The translations under genes and the position numbers were made by a program. Positions 16,053 to 29,639 of a stretch of DNA of 64,000 nucleotides are shown here, piece after piece. Source of the DNA: Eimeria praecox (lineage: Eukaryota); contig OY986948.1 in the NCBI GenBank assembly GCA_963920595.1, forward strand, positions 992,001 to 1,056,000, read 5' to 3'. Numbering within the stretch: position 1 is the stretch's first letter; every line of letters begins with the position of its first letter. The notes below the pieces were generated by a model. It was not told the DNA's origin. It ran no database searches and saw only the letters and a list, made by a program, of their open reading frames with translations.

Positions 16053-19000
16053 ATGGCGGTCCGAGCGATTCCCTACACCATCAAGGTGGAGGTCATAGAG
16101 GTGCGGGGCCTGTCGTTCAAGGAATCGGCGGGGGAGAAGGAGATCGTGCCTAATCCTTACGTAGACGTCACAGTGGGAGGCACTACGAAAAGTACAGTGC
16201 AGAAGAATCAAGTGGTGTCTGCAACGTACAATGCCTCATTCAACTTTCAGGCCACTTTGACCCCTGAAGAGTTTCAGAGAAGTTATGTTGAGCTCGCCGT
16301 CATGCACAGGTACACCCTGCTGGGAGGCGTGGGGCTGCAAAGTGCACTCATTGGAAAATATGTGCTCAGCTTTGCGTGCATCTACTCGAAAAGTCAGCAC
16401 TGGTTGTATAGACAGTGGATCAAGCTCAACAACTTCGAACAGCTCATTGCTGATCCCGTAAGCGTGAACAGCCATACCCCTCCCATTAGCTTCGTCCTTC
16501 TTTGTCGTTGCCTGTTTGTAAACGTTTGCTCCTCTGCTCGGATTTGCTTGACGGTTTGGCTGTTTGCTGATCGTCTTGTTTCTGCCTGCCATGCCCATCT
16601 AGGTGTTTGCTTGCTGGATTTTCTGACTAGCGTTTCCTGTTCCTCATAGAGCCGCAAGCTGAGAACTACTGATTTCGATGCATATTGCTCTAAGTGCTTT
16701 GGGTTTTGCTGGATTGGGCAAAGTTTTCAAAGTGACTTAAGCGCATTACTGCGGTGTGAGAGTTGAGGTTTTCGTGCGCTGAGGCCGGTATGCCTTTTCT
16801 TTAGTGCTTCGTGTCTGCGTGTATATGAATCTCTGCTGCATGCAGGGGATGATGCTGCTGACGGTGGGTGTGTTTGGGCCAGGGGATCCGCTGCCTGTGA
16901 TAGATGAGACTGTGGCGTACATCAACGAAGAGGGGGACAGAATAACGAAAGAAGTCGATGTGAAATCGACTTACTACAATCTGACAGTCAATATCTTCAA
17001 AGGCCAAGATATCAGCGCCGTCGTCGGACAGATTACCACCACCTGCGAACCCTTTGTTAAGGTACTTCCACGCATTACAATGCAGTGCAGCGCAGTACAA
17101 AACGATTGAGTGCAATACACCGCACGGTGAAGTAATAGTACAACAGTCTGAGGATGACGATACTAACAACACAGGATGGGGGAAAAGGATAGTGTTTACT
17201 GCTGGTTAAAGGGTTTATTATTTGAGAGGTTCAGGATTCTCGTGGGCTAACGTATCACCTGAAGTGGATTCATATATACATATGCGTGTATATATATGCA
17301 CATGTGCATGTGTATTCTGTTGACTGCAGGTGAAGCACGGGGGTGCGGAGCTGCAGACGCGGGCGCTCCCGGAGCACAGCCCCGAGTGGCAGGCCTCGAT
17401 ATCTCTCCCTGCATGCATGCCTTGCCACGACGACACGGTCTTGGTGGAGCTCTGGAATGGCGGCAGCAGCTCAGTGCTTATGGCCACTCTGGTCTTAGAC
17501 TTCTTTGAACTCATCAAAAACGAAACCCCCACACGTTGGTTCAACTTCTACTGGAGACCTCCCACAGAAGGTCAGAAGCTGAAACACTAACCTGAACACA
17601 TCCCCGCTTGGTCGTGTATTGATTTCTGCACAGGATGCAGATGGCTGCCTTCAGCGGTGCCCTCCCTCAGTTTGCTGTTTCACCACGTTCACCAAAAGCC
17701 CTATGGCATTTCTACCTCACGAAGGTGTACATCACCGCAGGGCGCTTCTCTTGTTGCTTGATCTGCACCTCTGCAGATGCCACAATAGACGGTGGATTGG
17801 CGTTCAGTTGCTGCCTCGTTTGTTCCCCCTGCATGCCGGCATGCGGATGCGACCCGAGATGCGCTTCTTGTGCGCGGTGTACGCTGTTGTGGTGTATCTA
17901 CAGGGCTGTTTGGGGCTGTCCAAGACCTGCTAACGAATGCGGAGTTGCGGCAGGCCAATGCATACGCGGGTCGTATTCTGCTGAGTGCTTCATGCGTGAA
18001 GGTGCAGGCGCCGTTGCCGATGGGTGTTCGTTCCATAAGAGCGGTGCACGAGCCACCTCAAGTTGAATATGTTTTGTGGGTGGACGTATACGAGGTGTCG
18101 TGCAGTTCGCTCCTCAGCAACGAACTGCAGGCAGAGGTTTCTTTTGGGCCGTATGCACTCAAATCCCCACCACTAATGATCGAAGAGGCGGGCTCATACA
18201 CCCTGGAGGCTGAACAAGGACGCATGGAGGAGCTGAAGGTGTACCTGCCAGGTAAACAGCCGTTAAGCAACCCCACAGCCCTTCAACCTCCCTCTAAAAA
18301 GCTGCTGCTGGTTCATTGCAAGAAGCGCACTCATATACTAATCAGTATTTGCACTGGGCAATCAGTCTATTTGTTGCGCGAGATATTTGCAAGCATTGCA
18401 CTAGCCGGCTACCGCCAAAATTCCATAAAGACTGCATAGCGATTTCCACAATAGCGAGCAGCCATAAGAACACATATAGAAGCATCGGTAAAGACAAACA
18501 CCTCAACAGTGAACAACTAGGAGCATTGGTGCAAAGGAGACTTCCAGTAGAAGCTCCCGTGATGTGTCCGCGTGAATGCAAAGGGTGTTGGGCGGTCTAC
18601 GTGTTGATGCCGGTTATTGCCTATCTGTACGTTTCATTGCAGCTGATGATGAGCAAACATGGGCGTTTTTCCTGTACATCAGCAAAATTTCATCCACTAG
18701 TGCAGCGGCGAATGTAGCGGCGAACGTAATGAATTGGTTTGGGGGGTTGACAGGTGGAGGAGGGGGCGAAGGGGATGCGAACGCCGAGCAGGATGTGCAG
18801 ACAAGCCGGCTGGCCTGGGCTATGATCCCTTTCAATTCCAGAAACTTGCTAGAAGGCAAGCCCATGTGGTATTCCCTTCGTGCAGCCGATGGATCCGGAA
18901 CAGACCCTTTCTCTATGCTAGTCTCTATCACCTGTAAACCCGCCAGGACCATGGGGGAACGACCTGCCAGGTTGCAATACAACTTGCAGCGGTATGTTGT

Positions 19001-19849
19001 ACTGTTTCGCGCATATTCTTTAGGGTTAGGGTGTCAAATGGCTCTATAGTTCCAGGGGAGCATGCTTTGTAGACCACAGGCAATAAGGTTTAGGGACAAA
19101 AGCACATGGCTTGTACACTGCATTACGTTCTCGCAGTTGGTTCGCTAATATAGGCTTGAAATACCGATAGAAAAGCCTCCTTATTTATCTGAACTGCACT
19201 CCTTTGCAGTAGCCGCACGCCCTTCTGCCCATATTGTCGCTCACTTCTTGCAGGTATTATTTTAGAGCGCTGATTTACGAAGGGTTGCATCTTCCCGCTG
19301 TGGGATATGACCAGTTCCCGAACCCCTACATAAAGGTAAGGCAAAAGAGGTGCACTAATAATGGTAAAAGTAATAATGGAATAATAGCAACACAAGTTAC
19401 TGTCATTGTGCCACCTCACTTAAAAATAATAATGGCATAAATTTTTGGCTTTCAAGAAAGCGCCTTCTAATTCCATGCTCAACAAAGGAGATAAAGCGCT
19501 CACAGTCGAGTGGCTTGTTAGTTCAATAGGGCAAAAGGGGAAGACAGGAGCTAGTGGATTATCCAGTGCATCTGCAGGTGGTGCTGGGGAGCCAACAACT
19601 GAAAACCCTCACATTCCGACAAACCCTAAATCCTTCGTACTACGAGGCTATGGAGATGGAAGTTATTCTGCCGGAGATGATGCAACTGGCGCCGGACATC
19701 GTGGTGCGCTTCTCACGAATCATGTGCTTTTATCTTTGTTGGCTGTGCTGGTTGCCCCGCGGCAAGTTTAACAAATATACATACATTATATCCATATCTA
19801 CAGCTATATATATCCATATCCATATCTATATCTGTATCTCTCTCTCTCC

Positions 19850-19898
<49 letters not shown>

Positions 19899-22800
19899 GA
19901 GAGAGAGAGAGAGAGAGAGAGAGATAAATAGATAGATAGAAATGGGATGCTTCTGCTCATTTGCCTGCAGCTGGAGGTCTGCTCAGAGTCTGATTCGATA
20001 ATGAGTTCAGATACAGTTCTTGGCTCAACGACGTAAGTTGGCGCTTTTTATTATTGTTTCTAGAGATTAATGTTTAAGCATCGTGGGTCTTGGGTTTATT
20101 CAAGCCCGTTGGTGCTGTTCCTCTTTTACTGTATTCACCTGTGCATACAAGAATGAGTGACGATCGAACGATGTACAGCATTGGTTTTAAATCCTGCTAT
20201 GCAGAGTCTTCGATTTGGGGTTTTCTATGTCAGGTTTCCGATCCAGAAGGTGCCGAAAGAATGGAAGAAAGCTCCTGTCTGGCTGGGGCTGCACTCTAAG
20301 CAGTATCCGCGTTGCAAGGCAAAGGTCTTGGTGGCATTTGAACTGGTTCCGGCTGAGCTAGCGGAAAATGGCACTTATCCCTTTTACGACGACATAAGGC
20401 CGTCCACGAAGGAGGCAACTGTTTCGATATTTTTGGTCGGCGTACGGCTCTTTTCGCCTGTCCAGAAGCCCTTTGTAGAGGTATATCGGCATATAACCAT
20501 TTTCTCTTTCGCTTTTGCACGTGGAATGTCTGCAATATATTTTTACTTATGCTCGTGTTCATATGTATAACTCAGATAATCTAGGTAATCAATTGCCCTC
20601 TCCCCTTAGCTTTTCGAGTGTCTGGCATCACCATGACTGCTGGACAGCGTCTGGCTCCGGTTCACGCCGTTTTGTGTGGTTAATATGCTATCTCTGATTT
20701 CAAGCACGAATTCTGACAGGGCTGCATCTTCCTTTTCAGTCTGGTTCATGGTTTAGTTTGCATTATTTGCGTTGATGCGAAGGTCTGCTTCGGCCGTGAC
20801 GTAGAGGACACAACGAAGCCGCTTTGGTCGGAGCGTACGAGCGAACCGCACGTAGGGGAAGGGGGAAACTGGAATTTTTTGCAGCATTTCAACGTCTCTG
20901 TGTCGCTTCCGAAGCGCATGCAACACCACTGCTTCATGGAGGTGAAGGTTCACGACGAAGTTGAGGGCATTTCGGGGAAAACTCTGAATGATGTAGGAAT
21001 GGCGTACATCACCCTTAACCCTCTTCTCCCGTGGCTGGAACAGAGAGAACGCGAAGAGGTAGGGCGATCCAGGCACTTGACTTCCAAATATATATCCTTG
21101 AACCTTATACCTTGAATGCCTAACTTCAGTAGTGTCCCGGTATACGCCTTCTTTTGCGTGCTAAGCAAACCAACACCGGAGTAACGCACATGGAAAGCCG
21201 ATAGCCAATGAATTGAAATGTGAATTCCTCGTAGAGTGGTGCAAGCAAGTGCAGGACGTTCGTGTCTGCGTTCCCTCTTGCAGACAAGGGAAATGTTCAA
21301 ATTGCAAGTCATGGAGGAGGTTCTCATCGAGGACGCTGAAAATGCCAGAGTGAGGAAAAGTGCAGCAAATATGCGAAATTAATCACAGATAAAGACGCAA
21401 AAACAAATGTGAAGCATGCATTTGGAACTGCATATATGTTGCGTATGTGAATGCACAACAAGTCTGTAAATGCCTCGTATGTACGAATACAGCGGGGCGG
21501 TCAATAAACCAACAAGTGGCACTGCAGCATCAATGTGCATGAAACGCATGCATGCGATATTATGACCACGGCAGATATATGACCAGGAACCTGAATGCAT
21601 CATATGCAATATTGCACTATACCAACGAATGCGCCTACGAAGTTGGTTGCCCCAATAGTGAAGGAATGCCGCATTTGAATATTTTGGACTTTGCTCCCTG
21701 CCTTTCTTCTTCTGCTTTATGCTGCAGCGACTGGGAGACGGAATGGGAGGCCAAGCGGGGGACCAAAACGCCGTTGGAGACGAGGGGGCCGTGGCGCACT
21801 CCAAGATGGCGGCGGCGGCTAAAGTACGGCGCGAGTGCAAATAATATACAATGAAATAATGATGTCTATAACGAGTATTGTTTTTATGCTGTCTCGTTGT
21901 GGTAGTGGAGTAGCGAAGGCTGTTTCCTTTCTAGTGAATGGCCATCATCGGTAGTTAGTGATAACGCCCTCACAATAGAAGAAGTGTTGACGGCGATCAT
22001 AACCCCTAAAATACGGGGGAAAGTAATGGTGACGGTGTTGAAAGGAAATCTGACACAAACCGCTAGTAGCAACAGAGTCATAATGGCCGTATCATTCATA
22101 AAGCTTTTCCCCGGTGCTTTTTGTCCACGGACACACCGCAAAAATGCCCTGCCGAGCTGCAAACACAGTGCACTGGGAAACGAGCTAATCCGGACGTATA
22201 GCTGATGGCACGCATGCGCAGGTGGACAAGAAGCTGCTAGTGCCATATAACGACCCAGACGCTGCGAACTGCCGCCTGGAGACGATTGATGACTACGTGG
22301 CGTTTGGTGCTGCTGCAACAAATGCAGCAACAGCAGCAAGGGACCCTTCTATTTCCGTGGAGGACCACCCCGCCAAGGCGCGCTCTCGGGGTAACGGCTT
22401 CTTAGGTAATTTAGTCATGAAGAAGACAAATGCAGCCAGCGCCGCGGCTGCGGCCGCGAGAGGTAAAGGCAACGAACCCCATATCGAACTCTACGGATTT
22501 GAACCCGAAGCCCTAGACTTCGTCCTCACCATGGTAGGCTCGAAATTCAGGTTATATAATTGCTTTTCCTATTTGTTGATGATGTGGGTTTGTTTGTGCT
22601 GCGTTATTGCTTGCCGTGCCGGCTTGTACACCTGCTTGCCCTTGTCTGTTCACATTCTCCACTTAATTCACTGATGGGCTTATCCTCACTTGTTTATGCT
22701 TGTTTCCTGCCTTTATTTGCTGTTATTACCCCTCTACGGTCCTCATGTTCCCAATTCCTAATTCACTCGGTCATACTGTCATTATTTGCACGGCGTTAGG

Positions 22801-25117
22801 CGTATTTATGTGTTCTTCCTATTCGATGATTCCAGTTTGTGTGCCTTCTTGCACTCTTCGCTTCTTTGCATTTTCAGTGTTATTTGTTTTTGTTATGTTT
22901 GCTTATTGCCTTGCAGGCAGATGAAGATGAAGTGGAGGAAAACATGAGGGACGAAATACCTTACGAAATGGAGACAGACTTTGGTGTTAACGACCTGCCC
23001 TACCTCCGGGTGCCAATATTCAGAGTACGCCTCCCCGTTTGAATGGACGGGCAAATAATTAAAGGGAGACACAAGCACATGAAAAGACAACCGCACGCAT
23101 ACAAAGGAACAGCTGCGCCTAGGTGGAGTATAGGAGAGTAGCATACTGTTTCACACTGTATGTTAGCATGCAATTTTCCACGAAAGTTCTCTGCACTGTG
23201 GCAGAATATTGTTGCTCAAGAGTCCAAGCCATGAGATTTAGGTTTACGGTTGCTTCGTATCCCCAGCTGCACTGTGCAGTAAGTTGTATTTAGTGGTGCT
23301 TCTCTTTTATCCGTCTGAAGCTGCTGCTGCGCTCTTCTTCAGTGCACTGATTGTGGCGTCCCCGAGACAATAGGATACCTGAAGTATATCTGTAGGGTCT
23401 ACCAAGGCGAAGAGTGCAGCAGCGAAATGGAAGAAATGAACAAAGTGTGCCAGGAGCTAGTGCAGAAGTATGAGAGTGAGTTTTCAGTTGTGCATACATT
23501 GCAGTTTTCCTCTCTGTACAGGAAACGAGCAAATAACACGATAAATGTAGCTCACTAAACTAAGCAATGTTATTAATAACGTGAATAGGCAGAATTACAC
23601 ACACAGCAGCACTTGAATTATTTGCTAAGGGGAGCCTTACCCTTTTTTTTAACCGCTTTGTAGTTCTTTTTTGTGTATTGTAATATCTGCAGCCGTAGTT
23701 AAACTACGAGTCCCTTCCCTGTCTTTGTGCTATTGTTTTATTCGATGTGTATGCATTTGTAGATTTGGCTTCGTATTCATGCTTCCATAGCCGCTCAGAA
23801 ATTGCGTGTGCGCCCTAGATGCTTATCTCCTTTGGTCTTCTCTTGTGGCCCTTCATTGTTTAATCCTTTTTCTTCGCGCTCGTGAATTGTGATCTGTGCC
23901 ATTCATGCTTAGGTTGATATGCTTAATCTCTATGTAGATTGAGGGCTTCCTAACTGTGCGCAGCAACACGAGACCTCGTCGTGCGTGCCTACATACTGGC
24001 GGCTCGTGGTTTGGTGCCCCCATCTGGGGCTTCTGATATTCAGACTTACGTTTGGATTTACAACTCGTCGAGCACTGCAACACTTTCTGGCGGCCTAACG
24101 CATAACTTGAAAGACTCGGGCCATGTGAAGAAACAGGGTTTCAAACCCGAGTTCAACAGGTGTTATGGACTCGCCTGCTCCCTTCCGGAGCATGCAGTGG
24201 TACAGGTGAGAAGGGGGATCGCACACACATACACACACAAGCATAATACATAATTTGTTTCCTCTGCTGCTCGCGCATGCATAGGGATGCCTCAAACACT
24301 CACAGGTCACTCCCTAATGCATATTAGTGCAGGGACACCCAACCCCCGTCTTGAATGACAATTCCTCGCATGTTGCTCTTAGGTAGCTATAATGAATCAG
24401 GGACGGGTTATGGACGAATGTGTGGGAAGGACATTCATAGACATGGAAGACCGTTTCTTTAACCCAAAGGTGGCGGCTATGGTTGAGCAGGAGATAACTC
24501 CCATTGAACTCAGGTGCTTAATTACACGAAATTGTATCAGGCTTTGCTCCCAGGGTTTTGCATCAGCTTTCCGTCTTTGCTGAGGCTTGTAATGATTGTT
24601 CCAAGCTTGTTTTCGACTTTGAGCCTAACTCTTGATGTTGTTCTTTTTGGTTTGCCTCCTCGCGCGTCTTTTCTAGTATTTGTGCTCAGTCCCTGTTTGA
24701 GATGTGCTTGTGAAGTTGGGAAGCTGTTTGTGCCGTTTACTCGATTGTTCCTTTGATCTGTACTGCATAGAATGCTTGGGTTATTCCTCCCATCCTTTCC
24801 CTGTTGCCTTGTCATGCAGAACGCTTAAGGTCGAGGGCAGCACCGTTTCCCACGGGACTCTGAGGGGTTTCTTCGAAATAATGACGGAGGACTACGCACA
24901 TGAGCATCCGCCATTTACTCTTGCGAGTGCTGAGGCGGACGACTATCAGCTAAGAGTAAGCAGCAACCTGCCCAGCCAGTAGTGCGCATTCTCATTCGTG
25001 CATTGAGGGAATGGTGGCGCATGTGCGCATGCGCGCTATCCACGAATATGGCTAACATTGCTAATTATGTATAGTGTTTTGTTTTGTTTACATGTACGCA
25101 TGCGATGGTAGACAGGG

Positions 25118-25151
<34 letters not shown>

Positions 25152-26322
25152 TATGCACAAATACATGGCATACAGGTTGGAAATTATAGATTTAATAACA
25201 TATATAAAGCATTGCGAGCAGTGCGTAGTTAAACTGAAGGATGTGAGTGCGTGAATACGGGGTGCGCATATGCCAGAATATTATCAGTTAAATTTGCATG
25301 ACGTGGCACTAGTGAATTGTATGTATTGATCTTTACGTATATATGCCATCCTGGCGAAATGAATGCTGCAGGGGTCCTTCTCTTTTATTGTTTCGTTTGT
25401 TTCTCTCTGTTGGTTGTGCCTGCAGCTGGTGATATGGCGCGTGAAGGCAGTTCCACTGGACGATAATTCATCTATTTCGATGTTTGTGCGTTCGATATTC
25501 ACATTGGAAGAGAACTCAGAAATCGTGCGGGACACTGACACTCACTACAACAGCAAAGATGGCTCCGGTGTGTTCAACTGGCGTTGTGTCTTTGACGTGA
25601 AAATCCCGGCGCCCATCCCCGTCCTCAAAGTGCAGATTTGGAACTACGCAGTCCTCAGTTCAGGCGAACCCATCGGCGAGTGCAATTTCGACCTGACTGC
25701 TGACTTCTTCAGAGCCAGAAAAAGAGGGCAAATCTATCGACTGCCCAAGTAAGCACACCCAAGCATGTATAGATAGTGGCAAACCAGCACAGAAGGACTC
25801 ACCTTTCGTTTAAATAAATGCCCAGTAGATGTGTAGTGTTGAGTGCCAGCCGATACGTGCATGATGCAATTACACTTGTAGAGCAAGTATCTCTGTGATT
25901 TCTAATGCTGCACAATGGCGCGAGCTAGTGTGAGCTACTGTGAAGTGCGTGTGCGCATGCGGTGGATATCCGTTGCATTAGCGCCTAGAGTTTAACTTGT
26001 TTTCTCTTTCAGGTTCTGGTTGCGGTGTACGCATCCCGCTTTTAAGGGGCGATCTCGGGGTTCTGTCGAGGTAGAGGCGAGTATACTGCCTCTTAAAGAG
26101 GCGGACTACTCACCTGTAGGTCAGGGGAGGGAAGAGCCAAACAGAGACCCTTTTCTTCCCGCAGTAACACAAAACAGAACGTATGTCGACTGGGAAGCAA
26201 TCAATGAAACGGTGGGAGCGGCTAGTAGTGCTATCATGTCCGGCCTAAAGTGGACGGGGGTTTGGATGGCTGTGGCTGGCGTCGTCGCCATTGTTATTTT
26301 TATCATGTTTCTTCTCAAGTGA
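16053..26322 (+). CDS. Ferlin-family multi-C2-domain tail-anchored protein, about 20 exons
   Basis: There is an N-terminal C2 domain (IKVEVIEVRGL...PNPYVDVTV) and further C2 exons (YNLTVNIFKGQDI, YFRALIYEGLHLP...NPYIK, VRAYILAARGL). Ferlin-typical motifs are GRTFIDMEDRF, DTDTHYNSKDGSGVFNWR and PVGQGREEPNRDPFLP. A C-terminal TM segment VWMAVAGVVAIVIFIMFLLK* ends the protein. Orthology to FER1 or FER2 was not determined. Confidence 0.93.
19852..19924. repeat. Compound (TA)n(GA)n microsatellite in a ferlin intron
   Basis: Read directly from the sequence. The same compound form occurs at ~37152-37242 and inverted at ~46647-46730. Confidence 0.9.
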
Positions 26323-26607
26323 AACTATTCCTGTTGTTTCGTGTTTGCAACAAACAAGAGGGGACAATGACAACATCTACCGACACCTGCCTCCGCGAAG
26401 CGCGATAACGCAGCAGAGGGTTTTATTTTTTTTTAATCTTCATCTGTAAAATTCAACGATTGTTCTGTCATTTTTCAAAGAGGTCTGAGATTCCCTACAC
26501 AGGAGAAGCGCTGTGAGCGAGGCGGAGGCTCCGCCTTGTACAGCTTTCTGCTGTGTTTGTTCATCCCTCAGTTCTCACAGCTGATCAAACAGCAAGACAA
26601 AGCACCA

Positions 26608-26657
26608 AATGTTTGCCTTTAAATGTTTGCCTTTAAAATGTTTGCTTTTAAAATGCA
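26608..26657. repeat. 14-15 bp tandem repeat, about 3 copies, between the convergent ferlin and AP2 genes
   Basis: aaatgtttgcctttaaatgtttgcctttaaaatgtttgcttttaaaatg. Confidence 0.7.
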
Positions 26658-26973
26658 AGTAACTCATAGGAACTTAGGGTGTAAAAACACCGGCAAGTTG
26701 CTGACAGCACAGTGCGAATGGCTCAAGCGCCACACAACGTTCTGTCATTTTTCTATTTCGTACACCTTTAAATGTGAACGAATTCATCTTCAAGAACCCA
26801 GGGGTTCCAGCTAGTTTTCTCCTCGCCAGCAGTTCATACTGGCTGGCGAGATCGCTGCGTTACTGGCCTTCCACATCTGCAGACATTTTTTGCCTTCCTT
26901 CGTTTAACTTCCACACAAATGGATCTCGATGAGTGTTGAGCAGTGCAACATCTCCAGCGGAGTGTATGCACAG

Positions 26974-28314
26974 CTAACACCAGCCGTAGGCATGGGGGGG
27001 TTTCCTGGGGACAAGGGACAAGAGGTCGTCGGGGAGCGGATCTGTAGGGCATTTGTAGTAATGATATTCAACTGCTAGAGTACGCGCCTCCTCCAAGCCA
27101 AATTTATTAACAGGAAATCCCATAGTTCTCGCCTTTCCGTTCTCTTTCCAGCAGGTGCGCACGAGGTTGCGGTGGGGATCGAACCAAACACCACGAGCTT
27201 TGGGGTATTTGTTGAATTGCGCAGGAGTTGGATGTGTGAGAAGCCCCACTTTATTCTGCGGCTCTGGTAGAAAGTGGTGAACATGAAATTGTCGATAAGG
27301 GAAAGATCGATGGCTGCCCCCCCTGCTTCTCCGGGTAGCCCCCCCCTCATGTTGTACGTGGTGGGCCCCCTGACTATCTCTCGCACTTGAGGCCTCTTCG
27401 TTAGTCCTGCAAGAAGCCTCTTCGCCTGAAGACGAAGTTACAGGATCAACTGCCTCGCCTTCATGCCCCCTTCTACGTGGGTGCGCATTCCCATTTGCAC
27501 CCGAGGGAATCTGCAGCTGCAGCCTCATTTGGCTGCTGCTCTGATTCACATTCCAAACAGAACTTGACCGCCTCCGCGGCCTTGCAGCCTCCAGCACTCG
27601 TTCATATCGCTGGCTGCTGTTGCGTTCAAAGGCAGAACGACGAAGGGTGTACTGCTCCAGGAGCTGCTGCAGCTGCTGCAGCTGCTGCAACTGCTGTTGT
27701 CCCCTGACGCCCGCCGGTGGTGCAGCAACTGGCTCTGCCTTTGTCTCCACCTCCGTAGACACTCCATTCTGTTCACTTGAATTTTCCCTCAACGCTGCAG
27801 GAGCAGCAGCACCACCAGGACTCTGCACAGGCGGCTTGCTGCTGACTCCGTTTGGGGGAGGCCGCAATTTGCTTATCCCTTCAGGGGAACACCCGCTGGA
27901 GACGCTATGCTCTTGCTTCGGCGCGGGCGTGAGAGTTATTTGCAAGGTTTTGGCTGTTGCTGCTGCTGCTACTGTCGGCTCCCCCTTCGGGAGACCAGCG
28001 CCTCCCTTGACCTTTTCATTGCGCAGCAGCTGCTGCGCGTGATTGGCTGCGGTGGGCATCCCTGTAGTTGGTGCTCCTTTGTGATATCCCTTCTCAGACA
28101 CAGATGTGTTGTCTATACACCTGAGGCGACGCGCAACTCTTTCAGAGGCCTCACAGGAGCTAGGCGTTTGGGGCGCAGTAGTCGATGTGCTGTCTTCGTC
28201 GCTGCCTTCAGCATGGCAAATACTCCCACAAACACATTTCCTTGGAGCTTTCGGGTGTATGGACATCAGATTGCACGCAGGACTAGGATTGCTGCAAAGT
28301 CCTGTTTCAGCCAT
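26974..28314 (-). CDS. ApiAP2 transcription factor, single exon, C-terminal AP2 domain
   Basis: The ORF is uninterrupted from ATG 28314. The AP2 domain reads YPKARGVWFDPHRNLVRTCWKENGKARTMGFPVNKFGLEEARTLAVEY (~27060-27210), matching the GV.fD...W....F.v.kfG.e.A...A pattern. Confidence 0.9.
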   Translation of the reverse strand: MAETGLCSNPSPACNLMSIHPKAPRKCVCGSICHAEGSDEDSTSTTAPQTPSSCEASERVARRLRCIDNTSVSEKGYHKGAPTTGMPTAANHAQQLLRNEKVKGGAGLPKGEPTVAAAATAKTLQITLTPAPKQEHSVSSGCSPEGISKLRPPPNGVSSKPPVQSPGGAAAPAALRENSSEQNGVSTEVETKAEPVAAPPAGVRGQQQLQQLQQLQQLLEQYTLRRSAFERNSSQRYERVLEAARPRRRSSSVWNVNQSSSQMRLQLQIPSGANGNAHPRRRGHEGEAVDPVTSSSGEEASCRTNEEASSARDSQGAHHVQHEGGATRRSRGGSHRSFPYRQFHVHHFLPEPQNKVGLLTHPTPAQFNKYPKARGVWFDPHRNLVRTCWKENGKARTMGFPVNKFGLEEARTLAVEYHYYKCPTDPLPDDLLSLVPRKPPHAYGWC

Positions 28315-29639
28315 CCTTATGAAGCAGGCTGTCTGTACACCGCAGCTCAACACGTGAACTGCGCGCGGAGGCGGCCGGTTTTCAAGTCGTGGTTCTGTTC
28401 CGTGGGGAATCCAACAAAACGGGACAGAACGTCACATTCGCCTAAATGCTTGTGTTCAATATAAATCGACTCCGCCACTCGTGGGCAGGCCTTTTAAGTC
28501 ACAACAACAAACGACGGGTTGTCCGCAGCCAGCCACCACTTCTTACGGTTCCCGCCGAGCTACAGATGCAGCTGAAGACTGCATCGATAGCGATTGCAGC
28601 AAGATTTGTTGCTGTTGAAATCTAATATCCCTTCACAAGAAGAATTAGGGATGCGCGCGGAGCGATGAGTAACAAAGTTGAACACCGCGATTTCAGGGAC
28701 ACACAGGCGCGCGTAGACAGAAGAAGCAGTCCGCGGGACCCTGCAGATGGTCTACGTACCGGCAAAAGCTTTTCATTCAAATTTGAGAGGTGTATTTCCT
28801 CACGATTCAGAATCAAGAACTATCTCTCTCCAGCTGTGGGCCGCCTGGAGCTGTTCAAAGGAGCATGGGGCGGTTGTGCAGCAGATGATGAAATTCAGAA
28901 CCCGTTCGTTGCGCAGAAAATAGAAGAAAGTTTTGAACACCCTTACGCTGCGTCGAGATAAAGGAAGGAAGAACGCCGTGTAGGTACACCATAAGCGGGC
29001 AACGAACCAGGACCGGTGGATCAGCGGAAGGTCGCACCGTAAACTCACACCCATACGGAGCAGAATAGGGCGAAACTCGACTCATAAGACACTAAAGAAT
29101 CTAATAGGATTAAGGCAATGTAGACAAACGCAAAATTGTGCTTTTATTTTGCTGCTCTTCCAGAGCAGGAGGTGGCGCAGAAGCCACGGAGCGACGACCG
29201 CGGAGCCGCTGCGGCTCCCCCTCCGCCTCTTGCTGTGCGGTGAAGTGCAGAATCCAACTAAATGGGGTTCTATTTGGTTTCAAAAACATCGAAGTGAGTC
29301 ATTTGGTGAATATAAAGGGTTTTCGTCCATGGGAACACCGAATACACCCCCCAAGACCGCGCGGATCCAGCCGCCACCATCGAGCCCTCCTCGTATAATG
29401 TGTACGTCTTGGGCCCCCACAACCGCCTGCTTGCAACAACGGCAGACAAAGCCTCTCCAACTCCTTTTAACTATGCACACTAAGCAATGAAGAATGTTCC
29501 CTGCACCCGTTGCCCTTCTTCTGTAGTTTTCCTCCATTCCCCCAGAGACTACCGCCAGGAACAGCCGCTGAAACTCATATGGGCGCGGCAGCAAAAAGCT
29601 GTTCTAAACTCATCCATTGAGGCCAATGGACAAACACCC

